From a virus, in the IMG/VR virus record IMGVR_UViG_3300020469_003886, positions 1 through 64,000 of that record: a stretch of DNA of 64,000 nt. The stretch is one strand, 5' to 3'. The notes under the pieces were generated by a model. It ran no database searches and was not told the DNA's origin. It worked only from the letters and a program-made list of their open reading frames with translations. This document shows positions 37,253 to 47,402 of the stretch, one piece after another (position 1 is the first letter of the stretch; the number at the start of each line of letters is the position of its first letter). The position numbers and the translations under genes are program-made.

Positions 37253-38188
37253 TTAAGAAAATAAACTGCTGACTGATTCCTCGTTGCTTACACGTCTTAT
37301 GGCTTCGCCAATAAGTTGGTCGACTGACACTTGTCTAATCTTTGTGATATCATCTTCACAATGGTAAGCAATAGAATCTGTAATAATCACTTCGTCTAGT
37401 TTGCTATCTTGAATTCGCCTACATGACTTTCCTGTTAAGACTCCATGTGTAATATAAGCACGAACACTCAACGCACCTTTATCTAAAAGTATATTGGCGG
37501 CATTACAAAGTGTTCCGCCCGAGTCAATCATATCGTCAACTAATATTGCATGTTTGTCTCTTACATTACCAATGACGTGCATGGCTTCACTTTCTCCTGG
37601 CTTTGATCTTCTTTTGTCAACAATAGCAATCATGCCATTAAATGAATCTGCAAACTTTCTAGCACGAACAACTCCGCCTGCATCTGGTGATACAAATACA
37701 GTTTTTGTTGCTTCTGATTTTAATTTCTTTTTTATGTCTTTGGTAAAAATAATTCTTGAAGTTAAATCGTCAACTGGTATATCAAAGAATCCTTGAATTT
37801 GTCCTGCATGTAAATCCATTGTTAAAATTCTATCAGCACCTGCTTTGGTAATTAAGTTGGCAACTAATTTAGCACTGATAGGAGTACGTGATGCACTCTT
37901 ACGATCCTGTCTTGCATATCCAAAATATGGCATAACTGCTGTAATTCTTTTTGCTGATGATCTTTTTAATGTATCAATAATAACCAATAACTCCATTAAG
38001 TTATCGTTAACTGGTGTGCTTGTTGATTGAATTATAAAACAATCTTCTCCTCGAACATTCTCTAATAATTCAACAGAGCATTCGCCGTCTGCGAACCTTC
38101 CTATTTTTGCTGGAACCACTTTAGTAAAACAGTGTTCGGCAATCGCTTGAGCCAGTTGTAGATTTGACTGTCCTGCAATAATTTTCAT
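37253..38188 (-). CDS. prs: ribose-phosphate pyrophosphokinase
   Basis: [44 protein letters not shown]. Confidence 0.96.
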   Translation of the reverse strand: MKIIAGQSNLQLAQAIAEHCFTKVVPAKIGRFADGECSVELLENVRGEDCFIIQSTSTPVNDNLMELLVIIDTLKRSSAKRITAVMPYFGYARQDRKSASRTPISAKLVANLITKAGADRILTMDLHAGQIQGFFDIPVDDLTSRIIFTKDIKKKLKSEATKTVFVSPDAGGVVRARKFADSFNGMIAIVDKRRSKPGESEAMHVIGNVRDKHAILVDDMIDSGGTLCNAANILLDKGALSVRAYITHGVLTGKSCRRIQDSKLDEVIITDSIAYHCEDDITKIRQVSVDQLIGEAIRRVSNEESVSSLFS

Positions 38189-38199
38189 GTATCCCCCTA

Positions 38200-39252
38200 T
38201 TATTTCACTGTATAACTTTCATAAACTTTGTTTATGTTGTTATGCACTGTTACAAAACTTGCACACTTAGGCATGTCTTTTAATCTTCTTGCACCAATAT
38301 AGGTACAAGCACTTCTTACCCCGCCGAGAATATCTTCTATAGTTGGTTCAACAGGACCACGATATGGCAGTTGAATAAATCTGCCTTCATTACCTCTGTA
38401 ACCATCTTTTCTTTTGCCATGCACTTCTCTTGCACGGTCTGAACTCATTCCATAAAATTCAACATTGCCATCAACCACAGGTTTTTCTGATTCATCATGA
38501 CCTGCTAACATTCCGCCAACCATAACCATATGTGCTCCTGCACCAAAGGCTTTTGCAATATCTCCAGGATACACACAACCGCCGTCTGCAAGTATATGCC
38601 CGTCAACTCCGTTGGCCGCATCTGCACAATCAAGTATTGCTGAAAACTGCGGAACACCAACTCCTGTCATTGTTCTTGTAGTACATACTGATCCAGGGCC
38701 AATACCAATCTTAACAACATCAGCACCATTTATAATAAGTTCTTCTGTCATTTCTGGTGTAACAACATTGCCAGCAATAATTACCTTTGTTGGATATTCA
38801 TCTCTTACACGTTTTATAAAATCCACAAAGTTTTCATGATATGCGTTTGCAACATCAACTGTGATAAATTTAACATCAGGAAATGCTTTTAAAACTTCCT
38901 GCATGTTTTTGTAATCAGGTGCATCATCATCCCACATTTTGTTTGTACCTGTACATACTGAAACACTTTGTAATCTTACACCATTTCCAACTGCCGTTCT
39001 CCATTGTTCTAGTGTTGTTGACTTTGTGATCACTGTCATCATTTTATGTTCTTGTAATGCTTTGGCCATCGAAAATGTTCCAATGCCATCCATGTTTGAA
39101 GCAAAGATAGGTAAAAAGTTTACAACTTTACCAGAGTTTCTAAACGTAAATTTTCTTGTCATGTCAACATCTTTACGACTTGACAATGTAGAACGTTTTG
39201 GTTCTAACAATACATCATCAAAGTTAAGTTTAGGTTGTGTGTTAATACGCAT
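38200..39252 (-). CDS. guaC: GMP reductase
   Basis: [40 protein letters not shown]. Confidence 0.93.
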   Translation of the reverse strand: MRINTQPKLNFDDVLLEPKRSTLSSRKDVDMTRKFTFRNSGKVVNFLPIFASNMDGIGTFSMAKALQEHKMMTVITKSTTLEQWRTAVGNGVRLQSVSVCTGTNKMWDDDAPDYKNMQEVLKAFPDVKFITVDVANAYHENFVDFIKRVRDEYPTKVIIAGNVVTPEMTEELIINGADVVKIGIGPGSVCTTRTMTGVGVPQFSAILDCADAANGVDGHILADGGCVYPGDIAKAFGAGAHMVMVGGMLAGHDESEKPVVDGNVEFYGMSSDRAREVHGKRKDGYRGNEGRFIQLPYRGPVEPTIEDILGGVRSACTYIGARRLKDMPKCASFVTVHNNINKVYESYTVK

Positions 39253-39256
39253 TTTG

Positions 39257-40228
39257 TTATCCTTCTAATTTACTTTTGACCTGAGGTCCTAGTAATTCAT
39301 TTATAAACATTGTGTATACTTCTGGTTTAAAATGAATCTTGTCTGAATGCATTTCATTAAATGCTTGTTTACTACCTGCTTTTTGTTTGGCCCAATCAAG
39401 AAATGCCCAATCAATATCACCATTCAACCAATTTTCTTGTTTACCAACTATATTTTTATATGTGTCCTGATAAACATGATGATCTAAATATTGTTTACCA
39501 CAATGTGAAAACAACATAAATTTAACATTCAAAGACTTTAATGTATTGATAATATTCATAATATTTGCTAGATATAATGAAACGTCCATATCACTCAAAT
39601 CCATAAACACTGAATAGAAGTAGCAGTATATCAACATGTTTTTAAATTGTTCATCATTACTACCTAATGCTTTGTACAGTTCATTAAATTTCTTTTTTAC
39701 ATTATCTCTTTCGTGATTACTGAGATTTGCATTTTTGTAAAAACTTTCAACTGTCCATGTTGTTTCACCTTTAAAAAAGTCTCGAACAGATGCTGTAGTA
39801 TCAGCACCATGATAAAAATCAACACACTCTTGTTTTGAAATGCTTTTTCTATTGGGCCAAGCATACTGCTCTCCACGTTCCCAATCTTTAGTTAGTACAC
39901 GTTGTCTTGAATATATTGGATGATAATTTTTTTGTTTGTTGATATATGTGCCTGTAATATGACTTGAAATTTCTACATCAACTTTGTCTGTGTCTGGCAC
40001 TTCAATAACAAACATATCTGGTTTGTATTCATTATAAAAGTTTATAATCTTTGTTGGATAAAAGAACGAAGAAAAAGAACTTTCTCCTCCATTGTATACA
40101 TAATTTTCAATACCGTTTGTTTCTAAATGTTTTGACAGTTGTCCTGGCCAACCTTCATAAAATGTATAGTCGTTTGCTTCGGCTCCGCCGTAGGTATGAC
40201 TAGTTCCTAAACATACAATTTTTTTCAT
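39257..40228 (-). CDS. SGNH-like protein
   Basis: CLGTSHTYG...DKIHF. Confidence 0.55.
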   Translation of the reverse strand: MKKIVCLGTSHTYGGAEANDYTFYEGWPGQLSKHLETNGIENYVYNGGESSFSSFFYPTKIINFYNEYKPDMFVIEVPDTDKVDVEISSHITGTYINKQKNYHPIYSRQRVLTKDWERGEQYAWPNRKSISKQECVDFYHGADTTASVRDFFKGETTWTVESFYKNANLSNHERDNVKKKFNELYKALGSNDEQFKNMLIYCYFYSVFMDLSDMDVSLYLANIMNIINTLKSLNVKFMLFSHCGKQYLDHHVYQDTYKNIVGKQENWLNGDIDWAFLDWAKQKAGSKQAFNEMHSDKIHFKPEVYTMFINELLGPQVKSKLEG

Positions 40229-40234
40229 ACTTTT

Positions 40235-40263
40235 ATACTACTACCTTTTGTTTTAAAAATCAA
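40235..40263 (-). promoter_or_regulatory. sigma70-type promoter, probably leaderless
   Basis: TTGATT-N17-TAGTAT-N6-ATG. Confidence 0.55.
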
Positions 40264-40541
40264 GAATAATCATTCCACAATCTCCACTTTTCATCTTGTG
40301 GTATCCATCCTTCAGGAATTGGAAAATCCCAATCTTTTTCTTCCATCTTGACCCAAATTTTTTCAAACATTTTTTCTAAACCACCTTCTAAAGGATTGTC
40401 TTCTCCTTCTTCTTTGGTCATTTTTTCAACACTGTCTAAAAATTCTTTTACACCTTCGTACACTTTTTCTCTGTTGTACTCTCGCAATCTTTGGTGGTCG
40501 TAGTATTCTTTATAATTATAGTATTCTTCTTTACTAATCAT
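40260..40541 (-). CDS. hypothetical protein
   Basis: ORF in the run. Confidence 0.65.
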   Translation of the reverse strand: MISKEEYYNYKEYYDHQRLREYNREKVYEGVKEFLDSVEKMTKEEGEDNPLEGGLEKMFEKIWVKMEEKDWDFPIPEGWIPQDEKWRLWNDYS

Positions 40542-40614
40542 ATTTTCTAACGTGTATCAATACACCTAATACAATAACTGATACCACAATACCTAAAAAA
40601 AATAATCCAATCAT
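40534..40614 (-). CDS. 26-aa single-TM peptide (not in ORF track)
   Basis: MIGLFFLGIVVSVIVLGVLIHVRKYD; ATGA-coupled and fills the gap. Confidence 0.5.
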   Translation of the reverse strand: MIGLFFLGIVVSVIVLGVLIHVRKYD

Positions 40615-40841
40615 TCTACTATCTCAACTTTTGCTTCAGTTTCTATAACTACTCTAGCACCACAACTAAGAATAGGCTTATCATTACCACCATAACGTAC
40701 AACACTATCACCTAATATTCTAACAGCATGACAATAGTCATTTTTACTTCCACGTTTAACAGTGATAACTGGTTCATTGGTACCATGTTTTTTGTTACTT
40801 CTAATTTTATGTTGATTAACGTGTATGTAAGTTTTTACCAT
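40611..40841 (-). CDS. small hypothetical phage protein
   Basis: IHVNQHKIRSN...LSCGARV. Confidence 0.7.
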   Translation of the reverse strand: MVKTYIHVNQHKIRSNKKHGTNEPVITVKRGSKNDYCHAVRILGDSVVRYGGNDKPILSCGARVVIETEAKVEIVE

Positions 40842-41110
40842 TTAACATCTTTTTTAAATTTATCAATCGCTTCATAGAACGGTGTTTCTAATCCAAACTG
40901 TTTAGATATTGCGGCATGAATAAACTTAAATGCTAATGCTAAATCTTTTTGAAAATCAGGATCGTCAATTGGAAAATTATTATGATGTAAAGAATGTACC
41001 AACGATTCAACTCCATCTTTAGTAATAATTTCTGCGGACAATAAGTTGTTTAATGTTTTCTTTTTTTGATTTTTCTTAATGTGTTTTTTAATGTCAATAA
41101 TATCAGTCAT
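40835..41110 (-). CDS. hypothetical protein
   Basis: Coupled ORF. Confidence 0.65.
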   Translation of the reverse strand: MTDIIDIKKHIKKNQKKKTLNNLLSAEIITKDGVESLVHSLHHNNFPIDDPDFQKDLALAFKFIHAAISKQFGLETPFYEAIDKFKKDVKW

Positions 41111-41276
41111 TTGTTTTCCATTTTTCTACTTCTCTAATAGAATGATTTAGATCAGTTAATTGTTCTTCTATTTGTTGTATTTTAGTATCACTGAAAGCAT
41201 ATTCCAACTGTGATTCTAAATCTTTTCTTTCTTCGTTTAGTTTATCTAACTTATCGTTAATGTATTGTGTGTTCAT
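41103..41276 (-). CDS. 57-aa coiled-coil protein (not in ORF track)
   Basis: MNTQYINDKLDKLNEERKDLESQLE...; AAGGAG SD. Confidence 0.65.
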   Translation of the reverse strand: MNTQYINDKLDKLNEERKDLESQLEYAFSDTKIQQIEEQLTDLNHSIREVEKWKTND

Positions 41277-41281
41277 TATAT

Positions 41282-41452
41282 TTACTCCTTGTTACATATA
41301 AAACTAGTTGATTGTTCAGTACACTCACACCCACCGCCTATACTGCCACTACATGCCATGTTGTGTTCAAACCATTTTTCCGGATAATCTGTAAAAACTA
41401 TTCCAGTAATCAATGCTATTGAAATAGCAATTGCTGTTAAAAATGGTTTCAT
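41282..41452 (-). CDS. small membrane/secreted Cys-rich protein
   Basis: MKPFLTAI hydrophobic segment, 4 Cys; ATGA-coupled. Confidence 0.6.
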   Translation of the reverse strand: MKPFLTAIAISIALITGIVFTDYPEKWFEHNMACSGSIGGGCECTEQSTSFICNKE

Positions 41453-41577
41453 GAGTAACTTACCCATACTATCCAAGAAATGATTGCAATAAATCCTGCT
41501 ATCAAAACGTGGTTGCCTAAGTTCCACGCACTCTTTCCTACTGTGTGTGGATTCTTTGGATCGATTATATTATTCAT
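41449..41577 (-). CDS. 42-aa membrane peptide (not in ORF track)
   Basis: MNNIIDPKNPHTVGKSAWNLGNHVLIAGFIAIISWIVWVSYS; AGGAGG SD. Confidence 0.6.
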   Translation of the reverse strand: MNNIIDPKNPHTVGKSAWNLGNHVLIAGFIAIISWIVWVSYS

Positions 41578-41941
41578 GTTCTCCTCCTGGATCATCTTTT
41601 GGCAAACTAACTCTAAAGGGATTGCCAAATTTATCCCTATATATCACATATTCACGTCCTCGACCATAACTGTGATATCCCCAATGGTATTTGTTTTTTT
41701 TAACATTGTGAAATTGTTTGAATGTAAAATACATTGCAAATAAAATTGCTATGTGTCCTACCACTAGTCCTGTCCATACAGTTGCATATATTTGTCCCCA
41801 GATGAATAAAGTAAATGCTGTAGACCAGACAAAACTTAATATAGTTAATAGTTGAAGCCTTACTGTTTTTGGTAAAGCACGGAGATCATTTTTTGAATCA
41901 TCAAAAAGGATAGTCGCCGCAGATATCATCCATTGTTTCAT
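41570..41941 (-). CDS. membrane protein
   Basis: Two TM helices. Confidence 0.7.
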   Translation of the reverse strand: MKQWMISAATILFDDSKNDLRALPKTVRLQLLTILSFVWSTAFTLFIWGQIYATVWTGLVVGHIAILFAMYFTFKQFHNVKKNKYHWGYHSYGRGREYVIYRDKFGNPFRVSLPKDDPGGEHE

Positions 41942-43257
41942 TATATTTTTTCTCCTTGTTCGAAACCTCTAAATCTTAAAAATCTAGGGAATCTTAAACT
42001 CCATTCATTTTCTGCGTCTTGGTTTTTAGTAATAGCATCAGCTCTAACTTCTACTATCTGCCCAACTAGTTTTTCTTTACCAGCCCAAAACTCATCTCTG
42101 TTATCATCAGTTAGTCCACTACCAACGTTGACTCTGATAAACTTATCATCATCAGTACCTTCACAAATAAGAGCACCTAGTTTACCTTCGTTTCTACCTG
42201 TGCCTTCTTCTGTTGCTATTACTTCTAATGAAACTTCAATAAAAGGTTTTGCTTTTAACATATAATGACTTCGCTTACACTCATATGGTGCATTTCTATC
42301 TTTGATCATTATACCTTCAAAACCTTTTTCAATAGCCATTGTGTTGTAATCTTTAAAAATCTTTTGTCCTTGTTCAGTATCAAAATTACATTCTATTTTT
42401 TCTACTGGAAAAATATTACTGTACAGTGGATTTAGATCTAAAAATAATGCTTCAAGTTGTTTGTGTCTATCCCAACATCCTAGTTCTGACGTTCCTGCTT
42501 TGAATTCTTTTAATGTCAGCACATCAAATACGGCAAACTTGGCGTCTGTTGCTTCTACATTGTCTTTTCTATGCACTTGTTTCATTAATGCTTGAAAAGA
42601 ACTTGATACCATTTCGCCATCCAATACCATTGACTCTGTAAACTTATCTGCAAATGCATCTACTATTTCTGTTTCAATATGACTAAAATTAATAAACTGC
42701 TTACCATTACGTGAATACATAGTAACTGACTTTGATTCAACATCATATATTGCAAGTACTCTTACACCATCTAGTTTGTAATCTAATAGTTTTTCACCCA
42801 CTAGTTTCTTTTCATGGTTAGCACTATCATGTGCCAGCATACATTTAAAAACAGGTATAGTGTAATCTTTGTTTACTTTTTTAACCACATTGTTAATTGT
42901 CTTTTCACTTACACCACAACGTAGGTCTTTAATAAGAATACGTCTATACCAACTGTTCCAATCAGATTCATTTGATTGATCCATTGCTTCAGCGACAGCA
43001 TCTCTGGCCGCATGACCTGTAAGTTCACGTTTCATTAATTGATCAGCAAGATCACAAAATTGATTCCAACTAAATCCATTACCATTAGAATTTGTTTTTT
43101 CAGGAACTTGTTTAACACCAAATGAAACTAATGGATCAAGTGCAAGTTGACAACCTTGAAAAAACTCAATGTTGTTTGCTTTTGCTTCTCGTTTGATTAC
43201 ATCTTCTTTAAACAATCTTGAATTGTTAGATTCTAATTCTTGTATTATGCTGTACAT
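41941..43257 (-). CDS. lig: ATP-dependent DNA ligase
   Basis: KLDGVR, LDGE, FDV, EGIMIK, VGSG, LRFPRF. Confidence 0.95.
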   Translation of the reverse strand: MYSIIQELESNNSRLFKEDVIKREAKANNIEFFQGCQLALDPLVSFGVKQVPEKTNSNGNGFSWNQFCDLADQLMKRELTGHAARDAVAEAMDQSNESDWNSWYRRILIKDLRCGVSEKTINNVVKKVNKDYTIPVFKCMLAHDSANHEKKLVGEKLLDYKLDGVRVLAIYDVESKSVTMYSRNGKQFINFSHIETEIVDAFADKFTESMVLDGEMVSSSFQALMKQVHRKDNVEATDAKFAVFDVLTLKEFKAGTSELGCWDRHKQLEALFLDLNPLYSNIFPVEKIECNFDTEQGQKIFKDYNTMAIEKGFEGIMIKDRNAPYECKRSHYMLKAKPFIEVSLEVIATEEGTGRNEGKLGALICEGTDDDKFIRVNVGSGLTDDNRDEFWAGKEKLVGQIVEVRADAITKNQDAENEWSLRFPRFLRFRGFEQGEKI

Positions 43258-43463
43258 ATTTTTTCTGCTACCTCTCTGCTGTGTTTACATTTACCGTGAT
43301 TTGCGAAGCCAATACAACTACACACAAAACCCTGTTCAGTCATTTCAACTCCATATGAATTGCCTGTTGATCCTGTGATTGGCCACTCAACACCAACAAA
43401 CGGATGACCTTTAAAATCAATCTCTTGCGGTGTGTAATATCTTGGTTTGTATTTTTTATTCAT
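43245..43463 (-). CDS. SWIM zinc-finger protein
   Basis: CSCIGF...KCKH. Confidence 0.7.
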   Translation of the reverse strand: MNKKYKPRYYTPQEIDFKGHPFVGVEWPITGSTGNSYGVEMTEQGFVCSCIGFANHGKCKHSREVAEKICTA

Positions 43464-43470
43464 TTTTATA

Positions 43471-43719
43471 TTAGATTTTATCCCCAGTGATATCAAATGC
43501 CCATTGATCCCACGGTTCAGTTTTAGTTGCTTTTAAGCAAGACTTAATAACTTTGTAACCTGTAAATGTTTCTAATGATTCTACAATTGTTTGTGCTGTT
43601 GTTTGATTGACATAATCACACCACATAGTTCCATTTGAAAACCATGGATCAATCTTTTCTTGGTGTTCAACTGCAACATCATATTTCACTTGGTCCATTG
43701 CCATTTTTTCAAAAGCCAT
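43471..43719 (-). CDS. hypothetical protein
   Basis: AGGAG SD; coupled. Confidence 0.65.
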   Translation of the reverse strand: MAFEKMAMDQVKYDVAVEHQEKIDPWFSNGTMWCDYVNQTTAQTIVESLETFTGYKVIKSCLKATKTEPWDQWAFDITGDKI

Positions 43720-44411
43720 TATTTGTCTCCTATTCTTAGAACTTTAATTCTATTAACAATAGTTTCCTTACCACCATTGTATTTGTTAACTTGATGATCT
43801 TTAACGTATGCACTGATTTGCAAACTAGCACCTTCAACTATTCCATCATCTTCTGGATTGCTTGGTGTAAAATGTTTAAGTATGTTTTTGCCTTGCATAA
43901 AACTTACAATGTATAAACCTTTGTGTGGTAAAGGCTTAACCATTTCAACTACAACATCAAATACATTTCTTTTCTTTACATCACCTGTAAACATACTGTT
44001 GGAAGCCATTTGTTCTTCTTTGACTTTTCTTGCTTCTTTGTCAAGTGTTGTTTTGTAAGTGTGTGGAAGTGAAGCAATAATACCAATGTCTTTTGCTTTC
44101 ACAGTATTTTGTGCAATACAACCTAATACTGCTTCTTGGAAATTGTTATTTGTTTCACCAAGTTTAAACAACAGTAGTCCTTGATAATGTTCAATTATTT
44201 CATCTGCAAATGCTAGATCTTTTTTAGCATGTTTTGGATTTTCTTTTGCAAGTTCTTCAATAACCAATGTTTTGTTAGATTTTCTTTCATTATAATCTGC
44301 TTCTGTAGTTCTAACATAACCTGATTTACGGTATATTGCGTTAGCAACTGCAAGAGCAGTTTTTGTGTTATATACTATTTTTTCCATTTTCTGTGCCTTT
44401 CTGCTGTTCAT
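43719..44411 (-). CDS. hypothetical early protein with OB-like C-terminus
   Basis: Follows a sigma70 promoter; alternative start MEKIV at 44387. Confidence 0.65.
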   Translation of the reverse strand: MNSRKAQKMEKIVYNTKTALAVANAIYRKSGYVRTTEADYNERKSNKTLVIEELAKENPKHAKKDLAFADEIIEHYQGLLLFKLGETNNNFQEAVLGCIAQNTVKAKDIGIIASLPHTYKTTLDKEARKVKEEQMASNSMFTGDVKKRNVFDVVVEMVKPLPHKGLYIVSFMQGKNILKHFTPSNPEDDGIVEGASLQISAYVKDHQVNKYNGGKETIVNRIKVLRIGDK

Positions 44412-44417
44412 ATTATT

Positions 44418-44445
44418 AATATAACACAAATTAGGATTCTGTCAA
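44418..44445 (-). promoter_or_regulatory. sigma70-type promoter
   Basis: TTGACA-N16-(TGT)TATATT-N6-ATG. Confidence 0.75.
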
Positions 44446-44560
44446 CCAGAAAAATAGGTAAAAAAATGTAGTAAAATCAATGGTTTAATGATAGTTAAGG
44501 AACTGAATCTGCCTTCTTCTGCTATATCTATTTATCAAATTGGCCAGAAAATATAGAGTG

Positions 44561-45811
44561 CTATGCTGACATAGACTTTGTTAAGGATTGTAAAGTATTA
44601 TGATTTTTCATATATGGCGAAAAATACCCAATTTTTTTAGATAATTGTTCGTCATCGTATGGAATCTTTCGAGAAATCCAACCTACAATATTATCTGCAT
44701 CTTCTGTTTCTGGATGATAATAATGTCGATGATCGCATATCTCATATCTAATATCTGTGTAATTGTCAATGCATTCAGCAAAAAATTTATTATATGCAAA
44801 ATCTTCTTTAATAGAATCTAACATATCTAAATTTATAATGAAACATTGTCTTACTAATTCTTTTTCACTGCCTGTTTTCCAACCAGCAATTGGTGTTGTC
44901 ATATCTAAATTATTAACATAATCAATTATACTGTTGTCAGTCCAAACATACCCACCAAACGCAACCAGCACTTTTTTGAATCCTTTTTTCTTTAAACCTT
45001 TTAAAAATTTTAAATCTCCTTTAAAAGGCTGAGTTGTTACTGCAATATTTTCAAATCCATGATCTATCATATTAAGAATTGTCATTGTTGCCATCCAATC
45101 AGTTTGCTTTGGAAGTACATGCATATCTTTATTCCATACTGCATAACATACGTCATTATCAGAATTATAGTTGTAAACTGTTTTTGTTTCAGCATAATCT
45201 AAATTTACAGTTAATCTAATTACTAAAGAATTACGTTCTACACCCAACGTTGGCTTATGCCAAGAATTATTATTCGATATCATAATGTATCCTTGATTTG
45301 GCAAGAATTTTTTTCTATACATTTCATTATCAGCATTATCAACAAACTGTGTTCCATATTGTTCTAGATTGTTGTCTTTAGGAAGATAAATTTGCAATGT
45401 TATTGTTGATAAACTATTTTTTTGGTCTGTATGTGCTTTATCAATTTGATGCTCATATTCAGTATGAAAACTTATCCTTGATGATGTTAATTCAGCAACT
45501 TGATCAATATTATCAAAATTAAATTTTTTAAGTATTTGTTTTTTAAAGTCATTTGTTTTTGTGTAGTTCCATAATTCTTTGTAAAAAGAATCTTTGTTTG
45601 CTATTTCATCAAATATTATAATTGACGGTTCTGTTCCTTGGGGAGGAGCATCTGAATGTGTATACAATTTTTTAAAGTCTTCAATATCATGTGCAATCTT
45701 TTGATAATGCTCATTTGTAAAAAAATCACATATATCAAATGCTGTTACATGATGCTCGACTTCACTAATTGTGTCTGCTTCTTTTATTTTTTTATCAATA
45801 TAATCAAACAT
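44561..45811 (-). CDS. 2OG-Fe(II) oxygenase-like domain fused to an unknown C-terminal domain
   Basis: AHTD...TLQIYLP...GT...SWH...RNSL; TATAAATA at 45818-45825. Confidence 0.65.
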   Translation of the reverse strand: MFDYIDKKIKEADTISEVEHHVTAFDICDFFTNEHYQKIAHDIEDFKKLYTHSDAPPQGTEPSIIIFDEIANKDSFYKELWNYTKTNDFKKQILKKFNFDNIDQVAELTSSRISFHTEYEHQIDKAHTDQKNSLSTITLQIYLPKDNNLEQYGTQFVDNADNEMYRKKFLPNQGYIMISNNNSWHKPTLGVERNSLVIRLTVNLDYAETKTVYNYNSDNDVCYAVWNKDMHVLPKQTDWMATMTILNMIDHGFENIAVTTQPFKGDLKFLKGLKKKGFKKVLVAFGGYVWTDNSIIDYVNNLDMTTPIAGWKTGSEKELVRQCFIINLDMLDSIKEDFAYNKFFAECIDNYTDIRYEICDHRHYYHPETEDADNIVGWISRKIPYDDEQLSKKIGYFSPYMKNHNTLQSLTKSMSA

Positions 45812-45826
45812 TTTAAATATTTATAC

Positions 45827-45901
45827 TGGCATTCCCTAGGAGAATCGAACTCCTCTTTCCTGGATGAAAACCAGGTGTCCTAACCGATAGACGAAGGGAA
45901 C
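45827..45901 (-). tRNA. tRNA-Glu(TTC), CCA encoded
   Basis: Cloverleaf; CCTGG-TTTTCAT-CCAGG. Confidence 0.96.
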
Positions 45902-45909
45902 AAATCCAT

Positions 45910-46128
45910 TTACTTATTATACTTTATATCTGTTTTTGCTTGGCTATAAGCATAATATACTGCACCTACTAGGAATATGAATCCCATAGCAACTATATGC
46001 CCCCATGCTTCACTTTGCATTTGGCCACCTACAAATTTGCCAATTTCAATTCCAGCATAGCCAAAACCAAATATTGCCACTAAAAATAATAATGCATGTG
46101 TAAGATGTTTTAAAAAATATTTCGTCAT
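45910..46128 (-). CDS. two-TM small protein
   Basis: GAGAGG SD; TTGACA promoter upstream. Confidence 0.7.
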   Translation of the reverse strand: MTKYFLKHLTHALLFLVAIFGFGYAGIEIGKFVGGQMQSEAWGHIVAMGFIFLVGAVYYAYSQAKTDIKYNK

Positions 46129-46178
46129 AGTAACCTCTCGTGTTAATTTGTTAATATGTATAGTATAATAACATGATA

Positions 46179-47402
46179 CTATATATTGTCAAGAGATTCT
46201 TTTAACAAAGGTGAAACTTTTTCTAAAGATTCATTTCTTGATTTATCAACCCCATCAGTATATTCTTTGAACCTTGGAATATATTTACTCCAATCTTCTG
46301 CCATCATGTAATTTATAAGTCCTTCAACTTTGTCTTGTTTAATCCAAGGTTGTAATCGTTTTGCCGCTTCTTCTTTTAAGTTTTGTGGCAGTACTCTAAC
46401 ATTTAAATAATCAGGATGATCGAGTATGTTTAAATATGGAAAATACCCAAACTGCATTGTGTATTCAAATAATTCATTTAAATCTAGTACATTGTATATT
46501 TGTACTGTAGAATGGACTTGTACTCTCATTTTACCTTGTTTTTCCATTTCAGCGAATGCTGATAAATTTTTATGTACAGATTTCCAGTTAGTTGGATATC
46601 TAATATATCTGTTTAATTGATCATATCCGTCTATAGATGCATTTATTTTAATTTTTTTAAAATGTTTCCAATAGTCAATCATCTTTGGTGGAATATTTGT
46701 TAAGTTTGTATTGTATTTTAAAATAATATCTTTTGCTTTGTTTAGTTCAATACAACGATCAAATAGTTTATATTGTTCAAGTGCAAGTGTAGGCTCACCA
46801 CCTGTAAGATATATTTCTTCTACAGTATCGATTATTGGCATAAGATTTTCCCAAGTACTTTCATTTGTTGGCCAATTCATATGTGCTAATCTATCACGTT
46901 CTTGTTGATCAATTGTTGATCCATCATATGATGTTGTTGTGTTCCATTCTTCTACCCATTGATTTGATGCCCATGGGTTACACATTCTACATCTTAAATT
47001 ACACAAGTTACCTAAACGTAAATCAACATATACACCTTTAACAGGTGCTGTTCCATCTTCTTTGGTATTTTCTAATGCTTCTTGAATATGTTCTTTATAA
47101 GATTCGTTAAAACCTTCACGTGCAGATTTTATACCTGTTGCTTCTTCTCTCCAACATCTCACGCACATCTTTGGTTTTTTTCCATCCAGTAAGTCTTTAC
47201 GTAAATCTTTGTATACTTTTGTATTCCATATTTCGTCTGGAGAATTTTTGTAAATTTTATATGGTGCACCAGATTCATCTGTGATAAAATTTTCTCCAGG
47301 AGTTGAATTACAGCACACACGATAATTTCCACTTGAATTAGTAGCAACGTGCATCCATGGTAATATACAAAAAGTATTAGACTGTTTCATATGTTCCTTC
47401 AA
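46179..47402 (-). CDS. radical SAM protein with N-terminal SPASM/twitch domain
   Basis: FCILPW...VCC...CVRC; CNLRCRMC; TGGEP; start may be MKQSN. Confidence 0.92.
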   Translation of the reverse strand: MKEHMKQSNTFCILPWMHVATNSSGNYRVCCNSTPGENFITDESGAPYKIYKNSPDEIWNTKVYKDLRKDLLDGKKPKMCVRCWREEATGIKSAREGFNESYKEHIQEALENTKEDGTAPVKGVYVDLRLGNLCNLRCRMCNPWASNQWVEEWNTTTSYDGSTIDQQERDRLAHMNWPTNESTWENLMPIIDTVEEIYLTGGEPTLALEQYKLFDRCIELNKAKDIILKYNTNLTNIPPKMIDYWKHFKKIKINASIDGYDQLNRYIRYPTNWKSVHKNLSAFAEMEKQGKMRVQVHSTVQIYNVLDLNELFEYTMQFGYFPYLNILDHPDYLNVRVLPQNLKEEAAKRLQPWIKQDKVEGLINYMMAEDWSKYIPRFKEYTDGVDKSRNESLEKVSPLLKESLDNI